Assembly: GCF_006345805.1 (NCBI RefSeq)
Contig: NW_021835066.1
Span: 1 to 43,515, forward strand
Source of the DNA: Octopus sinensis
Taxonomy: Eukaryota
Direction of reading: 5' to 3'
DNA length: 43,515 nt
A model generated the notes under the pieces. That model was not told where the DNA came from and searched no databases. It saw nothing but the letters and a program-made list of their open reading frames with translations. Below, piece after piece: positions 1 to 11,430 of the stretch (position 1 is its first letter; each line of letters opens with the position of its first letter). The translations under genes and the position numbers were made by a program.

Positions 1-2536
1 ACTATAGTCAATTGGTTTGTAACTGAGAACGTTGTACGATACTCGAAAATAAGCACGATGCTAATCCGCAGAAAGTAAAAAAAAAAGTACTATTTCTTAT
101 AGAAATTCATCTTGAATTTTTTCTATATATTAGAATTGGCCCTTGATTACAGATTTCAAATTGTGATTATGTGTGGTGGTATTAAGAAAAGCAAAAGTGT
201 ATATGGTGTACAAATAAACGCACCACACACACACACATATACACATACGTACACACACAATGGTGGATTAACAAAATAACCGATGGTTTCATTCGGAGAG
301 AGTATCCACAATTCTTCAAATGAAGAATAGGGCAATCGTCTCAATTTTGGATGAGAAAACACTATGTCATATTAATTGAGACAACTTGGGATTCCAAAAT
401 GAATACGTAGACAGTGGAGTTATTCTAATTGACATTTCCCTTACACTGACCCTGGGATGTGAAACCAATAAAAGAATACAGAATATATATATATATATAT
501 TATATATATTATATATATATATATAGATATATATATATATATATATATATATGCATATATATACATACTTACATACACGCACACATATATGTATATATAC
601 ATACATATACATACACATATGTATATATACAGTATAGTATTATACAGTATTATATGGAGAGTTGGGCGATGGGTAAGTAGGAAAAGTTAGATGAGAAAAT
701 TAAATTTTAAATTTAAGGTAGAACGGATGAAGATAGATTCCAAAGAAAGAAATATATACACATATACAAATATACGTGTATAGACACATGTGAGCATACG
801 TCCACACATATGTGCGTACGTACGTACACACAAACATAAACATATGTTTACTCACACACACATACTACACATACATACACACAGGTAAAATGAAACATCA
901 TGAGACTGAGTAAGATTTTCCTTCTTTTTCTTAAAATAATCCGCATCAATGCAAGTTTAAAAATAAAGAGCAACCTGAATCAAAAACAAAGGTTTCCGCA
1001 TACATACATAAATACTTACATACATACATGGCCACACATATTATTTATCTTCTTTTTGGATATCATTGGCTTACAAATTTGTTTTCAAGATAACGGACGA
1101 AGAGACAGATCTATCTGCACAAATTAAAATAACTAATTAGTTATTTTGTAAAAGACAGAATTCTGGAGGAGAAGCCTCTGAACATGCTGATTAGTTGAGT
1201 TAAACCAGAGTAGCTTAGATAGTATCTGCTGGGAATAGACGGATTAATTTGTTTGTCTTAATTAGGATTGCTTCTTCGGTCCTAAAATTCCCAATGTTCC
1301 TTTCTATGGCTTTAACAGTCATTATGATCACCTTGTCTTGACACTACGTTAGAATTTATGACAGAAAAGACTTTTGAATAAATGTGCTCATTAATGAGGA
1401 CGTGAATGTCTTGCGGTTAGTGCAACCGATGTAAGATCCGCCTCATATACAAACACACACGTATACTCAGAGCAATACTATGTTCGAAGGTGTTCCAACT
1501 TTCGTCATCTTGTCTTTCCATTTCAGCCATATATCATATCCCGTATATTCAATAATAAGTCGTATCTGTTTAAAAAAAAACGTCTGGGTTTTGATTATGG
1601 AGAATTTTAACTTCTAGCAGACTGCACAACCTCGTACTGGAATTCTTGTTGTACAAAATGTGATAGAATCTGGTTTACTTAACGATTATTTGCATATCTA
1701 TTCTTAAAAACATCCAGGTAGGTTCTGACTCGAAATATAATGGACGCAGTAGCGTACATCATAAGAGAATAACTTCCTTTTTACGACGACAGTGAGTTCA
1801 ACACTCGGCTCATCGGCGTACGGGATTCTGAGACACTGGTGTTTCACCATGCTGTGTTACGCCAGCTAGAAACACCCTGATCTTTGAGCCTAATCCAAGC
1901 CTGTTCGTTGATCGCGGCTTATATCTTCTAACCGATGAAAAAGCAAAACAGAAACGTTATCTGCACCATGTACAGTAAGATCTGGATCAATTAGTGACCA
2001 ACATATTTTGCATCCGATCCTATCTGGACGTACTTAAGAACAAAATTGCAAAAAATCGTTTCAGATCTCATTGGACTCGGTATAAATAACAATTTTTAGT
2101 TTTATCAGATTAAATGAGTTGGAACAAAACTCAAATTTAGTTCGAATGACACGCTGGAAATACTGGATATAACTCTAAATATTTCAGCTGAAATAGCAAC
2201 GAAAGACGGAAAATATGACGGACTTTATCGGTTTATAAATCTGTAAAGGATCGTTATACAGCCCCAGTCGTTTTCTACACTGAACTATCGACTCTCTGCT
2301 ACTCTTACTTAGATTTCAAAAGCTGGTCTCACCTGCCTTGCAGTATCGCCGTACCTTCAGCGATCAGAACTCGTCTAACGGCAATGTTTCACCGAGATGC
2401 GTTCTTGTCGTACATGAAAAGACAAGATTCTTTTGTTGTATTTCAAACATGACCTGGATGCAGGTGATGGAATCTGTTTATCTGAGCATTTTATCCATTG
2501 ATGATCACCCTATACAAGCATATATATATACATGCT

Positions 2537-2575
<39 letters not shown>

Positions 2576-2910
2576 GAAAGAGAGGGAGAGAGATATACAG
2601 TAAGAAAGAAAGTAAGTCAGCGTGTGTGTGTATATATGCTTGGGAGGTATAGGAATATGCATATATATATGTTTATGTTTTCCAGTTTCAGCTCTATATA
2701 TATAAGAGATGCAAAGAATGATACATATATATTCTTATATGTATAAGAGATAAAGGGAGAATTATATAGACATCGATACACACACATATACATATACCCA
2801 CCCACATAGATATAATACATAAATACATGTATAAGAAAGACAGATTCAAAGCGAGAGAATTATAGAGAAAGAGATAAAGATATATATATGATATATATAT
2901 ATATATATAC

Positions 2911-2992
<82 letters not shown>

Positions 2993-3089
2993 TATTTATA
3001 CATTCATATGTATGAATTTATATATTCATATGTTGAATTTATATATTCATATCTATATCTATATATTATATATATGTATATATACATAC

Positions 3090-3143
<54 letters not shown>

Positions 3144-3638
3144 TATATATATATATATATACATATACATATACACATACATACACAAACACTTATGAAC
3201 GCATGCGACAGCAAATCAATAAATACACACACACACACGCACACATACGCGCACACATTTAGTACACAGTATACCCCCTTACATAGAAACATGTATATAT
3301 GTGTGCGTAGCGTGGGGTGTGTGATTGTTTGAAAATCTATCTATATATACAAACGCCTGTATATGTGAACATACGCAGAAACAAACAGCAACAAAGTTCA
3401 ATACACTTTGATACTATACAAATCCATTGATAAATTGATTTTAGCCCAACTTCCTACAGTAACATAAAACAGAGTAGCAAACTATTACAGGGGCAATGAA
3501 ACATGAATGCAACATAGAATAATATATTTGGATATTTACTGCAACACGAATATTAAAGTAATCCACCCATATACCTGCGTACGTACGAGCTTGTATAGAT
3601 ATAATGTGTACGTTTGTATGAATGCATGCATGTATGTA

Positions 3639-3685
<47 letters not shown>

Positions 3686-3717
3686 ATATATATATATATA
3701 TTAGATATAATATATAT

Positions 3718-3759
<42 letters not shown>

Positions 3760-3761
<2 letters not shown>

Positions 3762-3928
3762 AGAGTTTAGGAAAAAAACAAAGACGAAGATAGGTGGTGT
3801 ACAAAACAACAGATGTATTAGTATAACGCTCAGGAACAAAAAAAGTCTCTTACATTTCGAGCCTACGCTCTTCTACAGAAAGGGACACAGATAAAAACAA
3901 GGAGAGAAAAAAATGTGTGCAGTGGCTA

Positions 3929-3930
<2 letters not shown>
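3760..3930 (-). mobile_element. Short repeat (PLE pseudo-LTR-like) embedded in (TA)n, carrying a degenerate hammerhead-like motif
   Basis: Flanked by (TA)n on both sides. 3760-3857 matches 10972-11072 in the opposite orientation (CGTTATACTAATACATCTGTT..TTTTGTACACCACCT.TCTTCGTCTT). Minus strand 3886-3845 reads gtcccttt CTGTAGA A GAGC gtag GCTC GAAA tg TA agagac. Confidence 0.55.
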
Positions 3931-3990
<60 letters not shown>

Positions 3991-4077
3991 GTATATGTAT
4001 ATATATACATGTATATATTTATGGATTCAATATCATGTACTCATATAAACATAGAGACATGCATGTATATAATCATA

Positions 4078-4385
4078 TGTGGAGCCGCAATGGCCCAGTG
4101 GTTGGGGCAGCGGACTCGTGGTTGTAGAATCGCAGTTTTGATTCCCAGACCGGTCGTTGTGTGTGTTTTTTGAGAGAAAACGCCTAAAAGCCCCACGAGG
4201 CTCCGGCAAAGGGTGGTGACGCCCCCTGTAATATTCTTTTGCTATAACTTTCTCTCACTCTCTCTTCCTGTTTGTTAAGTAACGCTGCGATGGACTGGGG
4301 TCCCGTCCAGCTGGGGGGAACACATACGCCACAGAAACCGGGAAACCGGGCCCATGAGCCTGGCTAGGCTTGAAAAGGACGAAGT
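4078..4385 (+). mobile_element. tRNA-derived SINE with V-domain-like 3' half
   Basis: A-box-like TGGCCCAGTGG and degenerate B box TTTTGATTCCC. 4278-4380 (GCGATGGACTGG.GTCCCGTCCAG...GAAACCGGGAAACCGGGCCCATGAGCC) recurs at 27019-27120. Confidence 0.75.
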
Positions 4386-4608
4386 TTATAGTTATATATT
4401 CATATACTATGAAGATGCATACATCCATACGTATATCCATCCATCCATCCATCCATCCATCCATCCATCCATCCATCCATCCGTCCGTCCGTCCGTCCAT
4501 CTAAATACACATGTATATGTACATGTATACACTCCCCCCCCCACATATATATATATATATTTACATATCATTTTTACACGGTTATATAAACAAAACCAAT
4601 ATAGTAGT

Positions 4609-4830
4609 ATGTGTGTGTGTGTGCGTGTGTATTTGTGTGTGCGTGTGTGTGTGTGCGTGTGTATTTGTGTGTGCGTGAGTGTGTGTGCGTGTGTATTTGT
4701 GTGTGCGTGAGTGTGTGTGCGTGTGTATTTGTGTGTGCGTGAGTGTGTGTGCGTGTGTATTTGTGTGTGCATGAGTGTGTGTGCGTGAGTGTGTGTGCGT
4801 GTGTATTTGTGTGTGCGTGTGTGCGTGCGT
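4609..4830. repeat. (TG)n-derived minisatellite with ~30-bp higher-order unit
   Basis: Repeats of GTGTGTGCGTGTGTATTTGTGTGTGCGTGA. Confidence 0.9.
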
Positions 4831-4941
4831 CAGTGTTTGCATATTTGTGCATAGGTGCGCAAATCATAATTGTCTACCTTGAAATTTCTTGCACGTATTT
4901 ACGTAAATATGTCACCATTTGCAGAGATGAAAGATCCATTA

Positions 4942-5548
4942 CACATACACGTACACGCGCACACACATACACACACACACACAAACATACACACACACAC
5001 ACAAACAAACACACACACATACACACAAACACGCACAATCACACACATACACAAACACATACACAAACACATACACAAACACAAACACATACACACAAAC
5101 ACACAAACACACACTAACAGAAACATACACACACAAACACACACACACAAACACAAACACACAAACACTCACACAAACACACACACACACAAACACACAC
5201 ACATACACACAAACACACACACACAAACACAAACACACAAACACTCACACAAACACACACACACACAAACACACACACATACACACAAACACACACACAC
5301 AAACACACACACACACAAACACACACACCCACACAAACACACAAATACACAAATACACACACACACACACAAACACAGACACACACACACTCACACAAAT
5401 ACACACACACACACACACAAACACAGACACAAACACACACACACAAACGCCCACACACCCACACACACACACAAACACACACACACAAACTCACACAAAC
5501 ACACACACACAAACACACACACATACACACACACCCACACAAACACAT
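4942..5548. repeat. Long imperfect (CA)n / (CACAAA)n microsatellite
   Basis: Visible directly in the sequence. Confidence 0.95.
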
Positions 5549-5785
5549 ATGAAGCTGCAAGATTGATTATTTACAGTAGTTCTATCTCTTCATCCTACGA
5601 ATTGTCGGATTCTTCACAAAAAAAAAAATCGGAAATACGAATATTTCCAGGTTTTCAGGGAAATATATTATATATGGTGATGCTATAAACATTCTAAATT
5701 AATGTTATAAAAAAAAAACAAAATGAATTCCGTTGATAATACTTGAGCAAAACAATTTGGAAGCCATGCTGCGTTGTATAATTCA

Positions 5786-5998
5786 CGAGATGGCTGAATC
5801 GTTAGCACGCCGGGTAATATACGTAGAGGCGTTTCTTACATTCTGAATTCAAATCCTTCCGTGGTCGACTTTACCTTTTTTATCCTTTTGGGGTCGATAA
5901 AATAAATATCAGTTGAGTACGCGGGTCGATGCAATCGACTTGCCCCTACCCACAAAATTGATGGCTTTGTGCCTATAGTAGAAATCATCATTATTATT
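5786..5998 (+). mobile_element. SINE family A (tRNA head, Meta-domain-like body), diverged copy with tail X
   Basis: TGGCTGAATCGTTAGCACGCCGGG head, GGTCGACTTT..ATCCTTTTGGGGTCGATAAA body, TTGTGCCTATAGTAGAAA+(ATT)n tail. Homologous to many other copies in the window. Confidence 0.85.
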
Positions 5999-6382
5999 AG
6001 TTTTCGTTTTTGGAGTTGGTTTGTAAGATTCTTTATGTGAATTCGTGTGTTGAAGCATTTTCTGTTGTGTCTGGGGAGAGTCATTTTCATTTTGTGCCTT
6101 ATAATTTAACACACTCACCGGTAAAATTTCCACCGGAGAAAGGGGATTTGGAAGAGTATTTGCCCTTGGTGTTCATTGAGATCTTGGACGGTGGAGTTCC
6201 CTGATTATCTCTAGAAGTCCTTCTGTATCAGGAGGACTCCATCACTATCGTGATCCCCGCTATGTTTTTAAGCTATGCCTTCTCATTGTATACCGTGTAT
6301 ACTTACTTTTTTTTTCATTCCATTTGTGTCTGTCTTTGTACTGTTCTCCTCATCCTTCGCCGTGGTGGCAAATAAATGAAAG

Positions 6383-6426
<44 letters not shown>

Positions 6427-6474
6427 TACTCGTACTACTACTACTACTACTCGTACTACTACTACTACTACTCG

Positions 6475-6512
<38 letters not shown>

Positions 6513-6740
6513 ACACCACCACTACCACCACCACCACCACCACTACTACAACTACTACTACTACTACAACTACTAACTACTACCGCCACTCCCTCCACGA
6601 CACTACTACTACTACTACCGCCACCATCACCACCACCACTGCAGCTACTACTACTACTACTACTACTACTACCGCCACCACCACTGCTACTACTACTACT
6701 ACTACCGCCACCCCCACCCCACCGACACTACAACTACTAT

Positions 6741-6779
<39 letters not shown>

Positions 6780-6799
6780 CGCCACCCCCACCCCAGCGA

Positions 6800-6844
<45 letters not shown>

Positions 6845-6879
6845 CGCCACCCCCACCCCACCGACACTACAACTACTAT

Positions 6880-6918
<39 letters not shown>

Positions 6919-6945
6919 CGCCACCTCCACCCCACCGACACTACA

Positions 6946-6988
<43 letters not shown>
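6383..6988. repeat. Compound (CTA)n/(CCA)n microsatellite with higher-order unit
   Basis: The spacer CTACCGCCACCCCCACCCCACCGACACTACAA recurs about four times between ~6700 and 6950. Confidence 0.9.
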
Positions 6989-7325
6989 ATGTTGCTGCTG
7001 CTACTGCTGTTTCTGTTTCTGCTGTTGTTGTTATTGCATTTCAGGTTTTAGAGTTTTTACAAGCGTTTGCAGAATTTATTAAAAATGCTACCAAAAAGAA
7101 AAAAAAAATGTCAATATTTGAAAATAGATTTGGAATGTAATTCACAATATGAAAAACAACGAATACCTTACTTTGGAGTTATTTGAATTGAAATATTTGA
7201 ATAACTCCAAAAAGGCATGCGTTATTATATATATTATATATATGTATATATAATATATATATATAATATATATTCTATATATATATATATATATATTATA
7301 TCTATATATATATATATATATATAT

Positions 7326-7621
<296 letters not shown>

Positions 7622-7680
7622 TACATTATTGGTGAATTGAAGAAATGGAGCTGAACGCAGATTGAACAGAAATCGTTTTA

Positions 7681-7768
7681 TTTCTTCTACAACGTGTTTC
7701 GAAAGGCACAAATTACCAAATCCGATTGAATAATGGGACCATATTGTGTCTTTCTCTTCAGGAAGAAA
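7681..7768 (-). ncRNA. Type I hammerhead ribozyme motif
   Basis: Minus strand: stem I tttcttc / CUGAAGA / stem II gaaagacacaa...ttgtgcctttc (10 of 11 bp) / GAAA / c acgtt g / UA / stem I' gaagaaa. All core nucleotides are present, with the short stem III typical of PLE-associated HHRs. Confidence 0.85.
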
Positions 7769-8369
7769 AAAGAAATATCCGTTGGAAAAACAAAAACAGA
7801 ACAGAGGCAGAGCAAAAAACAAATCGAACTGTGCTCCTAAGAGCCCATGGCGAAACTGTTTATCAGTGTATGTTGAGAACCGGTGGCTGAAGAATTCAAC
7901 AGGTCAGGCATCGGTCAAACATGTGGGTGGGGGTGTAAGATGTTCTTTGTGACCGAGAATAAAGTTCTGACTATTTAAAGAATATTGGATGTTTTATAAG
8001 GGCGAGAAAAATCTACTTAGAGACGTGTGTGTGTGTATACTGTTCTATATATGTGTTGTTGGCGTAGGGGTAGAAAACATTTTTTGTGTACGTGTGTGCG
8101 TTTGATCGTTCGGCTGTCAGTGTCTGGCTACTGCCGTGATAACCGTTGGGTGGCAGAAAGAAAAAAAATAAAGAAATTATATATATATATTTTATGTTTT
8201 ATGTGTGTGTGTGTGTGTGTTCATCTAAGCCTACCTTGACAAGGAAACCCCCCGCTGTGAAAAAACAAGCCCCGTTTGTCTTACAGGAGTAATTTCCCTT
8301 GTAGTGGTTAATTGTAGATATCTTAAAATCTATTTCAGAATTTGTTACCAAGGGCTATGGGTGCCGGTC

Positions 8370-8774
8370 TTATTTATAAACGCTATTTAAAGGCCAGATA
8401 AGTGTAACGCCGCCGCCATGGGGGCATCGAAAAGCCGACTGTAAGAGCCCGTTTACCATCCGGCCTCTGGCAAACAAAATATGGAAGAGTTCGGAGACAC
8501 AAAGGTTGCACTGTCTTCTGCCCCTATCAAATGGGAGGGCCACCGACAAATTGACCATTCCAGCCTATAGCTTAAGTTCGCATCCTTCAGTCGCCATATT
8601 AGCTTACTGAGTCCCGTGGTCTGGCGCTTGTTCACGTCCCGAAAAGTTGCGTAATGGTTGGAGACACGCAAAGACAATCTTGAGGACGATGCCCCTATAT
8701 AAGTGAAGGCATCTGAGTTCGTGTAAACCTTGCATTGGTAGACGGCGTTTTTTTGATCTTGGAGTTCGCCGACG

Positions 8775-8776
<2 letters not shown>
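8370..8776 (-). pseudogene. PLE-type C-terminal GIY-YIG endonuclease domain, frameshifted near 8550
   Basis: AVYQCKV...TYIGAS...LRVSNH...TGLSKLIWRLK...WSI in one frame continues as VALPFDRGRRQCNLCVSELFHIL...RMVN...FRCPH in another. This supplies VY/YIG, R, H, CxxC, E and N residues matching PLE endonucleases. Confidence 0.85.
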
Positions 8777-8829
<53 letters not shown>

Positions 8830-9234
8830 TTGGCACGGGTTGCAGTTATGCGAAAAAAATAAACTGTTCGATTAGTTGAAATGTATGCATGATATATTTG
8901 ACCTGTAAAAAACAACGGGGAAAAATTACCACTTTAGGCAAAAGCCATAAAAAATCAAAGCTATTTGCCAGCGATCCCTATGTACTAATATGTGCATTTC
9001 AACCTACATATGCTCTCATTAGTATTAGAACCTGAGCGGAACAACTACGGAATGATTGGAAGCTTTCGATTTTTTGTAAGAAATCAATAGAAATTTGAAG
9101 AATTAATTTGAAGGTATGTGATCACTATCTCTAGCAGACAGGAGACTGGGTTAGTCCATTTATTACGTATGTGTGGTTGTTTTTGGGAATGTTTTCATTT
9201 GTGTGTGCGTGTATTGTATGTGAGTATGTTTGTT

Positions 9235-9309
<75 letters not shown>

Positions 9310-9312
9310 TGT

Positions 9313-9367
9313 TCACTGACGAAGAGAAAGATCTTATGAATTAACTCTGAAATCGGGTCCGATATGG
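9313..9367 (+). ncRNA. Candidate hammerhead motif with weak stem I
   Basis: tca CUGACGA agag...ctct GAAA tcgg gt ccga UA tgg: intact core, 4-bp stem II, 4-bp stem III, but only 3 bp of stem I (upstream is (TG)n). Confidence 0.4.
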
Positions 9368-9587
9368 TGATAACGGAATTTTTTTTAGAAATTTCTGTCG
9401 GCTTTCTTCGAGACGCGTGCTTATAGTGATGAATTATATGGTTACGGACGATGTGTCTAGTTTCGGCATATTTGGCATTAGAAATTTTTTCTTTTGCCAT
9501 TGTTTATAAGTTGTTTATAAATTTAACCTTTAAAGGCATTTTTTAATATGTTGGCCATGGATAACATTTTTTTCGAAAAATGTTTTC

Positions 9588-9644
<57 letters not shown>

Positions 9645-9646
<2 letters not shown>

Positions 9647-9807
9647 GACAGGCCTCTTTTAGTTTCCGTCTAGCAAATCCGCTCACAAGGTTTTGGTCGT
9701 CTCGAGGCTATAGTAGAAAACACTTGTCCAATGTGTCACACAGTGGGACTGAACCTGGAGCCATGTAGTTGGGAAGCAAGCTTCTGACTGCACAGCTTCA
9801 CCTTCGC
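9645..9807 (-). mobile_element. SINE family B, 5' half (tRNA head + CORE-like segment)
   Basis: Reverse complement matches 15408-15570 (GGTTCAGTCCCACTG..GACA.TTGG.CAAGTGT.TTCT.CTATAGC...GACGGAAACT). Confidence 0.85.
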
Positions 9808-10971
9808 TTATTTACGTATTCTTTAAAGAAAAAAACCCCTGGGGTTTATAGATGCATTAAAATGTATAGTTTAGTGAGACAATATACACACGAAAGTAAA
9901 TGCTGCATAGCGAACTTTGTGATTACATATTTAGCGGAGTGAACAACAAATAACTAAGCAGAAGCGAGGAAAAAACACAGCAGCAAAACTAACGGCTATT
10001 TGTTCTACTCGCCATTAAAACGCGAGCTCTTGTGCCACTGTTTGAAATCGATATAACAATAATACTTGGACGTGTAAAGACTTACGTAACAGATGCGTCG
10101 CTATAGTAATAATGCGACACGCAAACGCTTTTATAAAACCAAGTAAGTAGTGATCTGTTGGGAAAAGACTAGAAGATTATTGTGAATACATCATTATGAG
10201 CAGAACTATGTGAAAAGTATGTTAACCAGTACTGAAGAAAATATCTTTTTAGGCGCCATTTGTTATTATCAACATTTTAATCTTAGAGCAGATTTGTCTA
10301 TTATCTGTAGTATGTAAAGAAGGATAAATCTTTTGGATATCATATAGAGATTTATACGCTAGTCAGACAATATTAAGTGTCTATATGTACGTTATGCAAA
10401 GCAGTTTTCTCTCTGTATGTGTATAATGTAACATAAAGGTCGCCATTTTTCTCTCTATGTTGCTTCACATGACGTGTTTGTGTGTTGTGTCATTATAATT
10501 AGCTTCGACTTCATTATTGTCAATACAACATGATATGATGCATTCATTTTTAAAACTCTCACGTCACCGAACATCGATTGAGTCTTTCAAATGGCTTTGT
10601 GCCATAACATTTTTGGCAAAAATCTTTTTTCATTTACTACGACGAATTGGTCAATACGTTAGAGAGTAGAAAAGAATGAATACCTGGCGATGTTTGCTTT
10701 GATTCTAAACAATCAAAGTTCAAATCCTGCTGAGATCAAATTCACTTCTTATCATTTTGAAATTCATAAATGAAATACGAAAGAGTGGATGGTCACGGAA
10801 TAGAATTATTAAAACGTTGGGCCAAGTACTTGTGGTATTTGTTCCGGCTCTCAACCCGGTTAAGTTCAATTCCTATTGCGGTCAAATTCGTAATATATTC
10901 TTTCGAGGTCGATAAATAAAGTAGGTAGCATTCTGAGGTGGTGGCATGGTAGAATATATATATATATATGT

Positions 10972-11072
10972 AAACGTAAAAGAATTTTTCAATTCCCGAG
11001 CGTTATACTAATACATCTGTTTGTTTTGTACACCACCTGTCTTCGTCTTATATTTTTTTCGTGAACTCTCCC
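10972..11072 (+). mobile_element. Truncated copy of the 3760-3930 repeat, in (TA)n
   Basis: Homologous to the reverse complement of 3760-3857. It begins at AAACGTAAAAGA, inside the 3' half of the HHR-like motif. Confidence 0.7.
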
Positions 11073-11208
11073 TATATATATATATATATATACATACACA
11101 CACACGTACATACACACACGCACATACACACACACACACATATATATGTATGTACATATATGTATCTGTCTATATATGTATGAAAGTATGTATATATATA
11201 TATATATA

Positions 11209-11430
11209 TTACGGAGATGTACTTGCATAGCAAGTGATTTGATCTGAGATCGTGTGCTGGAACGAAAACAATTGCAGCGTGGAAGGTGTTTGTAAGCCAT
11301 TGTCAGTGAACAGATCGTGGTCTTATAGCGACGAAAATATTTTGACAAATTAAACTTAAATGTTGAAGTGGATCGAACGGCTTTTGTGTGTTTCTTAAAT
11401 GACTTAGAAACACCTTCCACACTGCAATTG
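11209..11430. mobile_element. Fold-back copy of the G3:C8-hammerhead repeat family, in (TA)n
   Basis: 11209-11300 matches 14634-14725. 11300-11430 is the same family in the opposite orientation. Arms 11269-11301 and 11398-11430 are inverted repeats. Confidence 0.85.
11300..11348 (+). ncRNA. Minimal type I hammerhead motif, G3:C8 variant
   Basis: ttgtca / GUGAACA g / atcgt ggtcttata gcgac / GAAA atat UU / tgacaa. Stem I is 6 bp and the stem III region is the palindrome AAUAUU. Confidence 0.7.

Larger units (their letters stand above)
7622..8776 (-). mobile_element. 5'-truncated Penelope-like retroelement (GIY-YIG endonuclease + 3' region with hammerhead), inserted in (TA)n
   Basis: Endonuclease homology at 8776-8370, HHR motif at 7768-7681 on the same strand followed by AATAAA, and (TA)n on both flanks. 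Confidence 0.8.

Noticed and set aside
276-322. Hammerhead-like string on minus (UUGAAGA...GAAA cc auc gg UU)
   Set aside because: C3 is altered without compensation, stem I is only 2 bp, and there is no second copy in the window.
367-5688. Many ORFs rich in YI/HT/CV repeats, including the 272-aa ORF at 4870-5688
   Set aside because: They are translations of (TA)n, (CA)n and (TG)n microsatellites with no domain content.
9108-9535. Possible Kolobok-type element (ends in CCTTTAA)
   Set aside because: No convincing matching left terminus or TTAA TSD.
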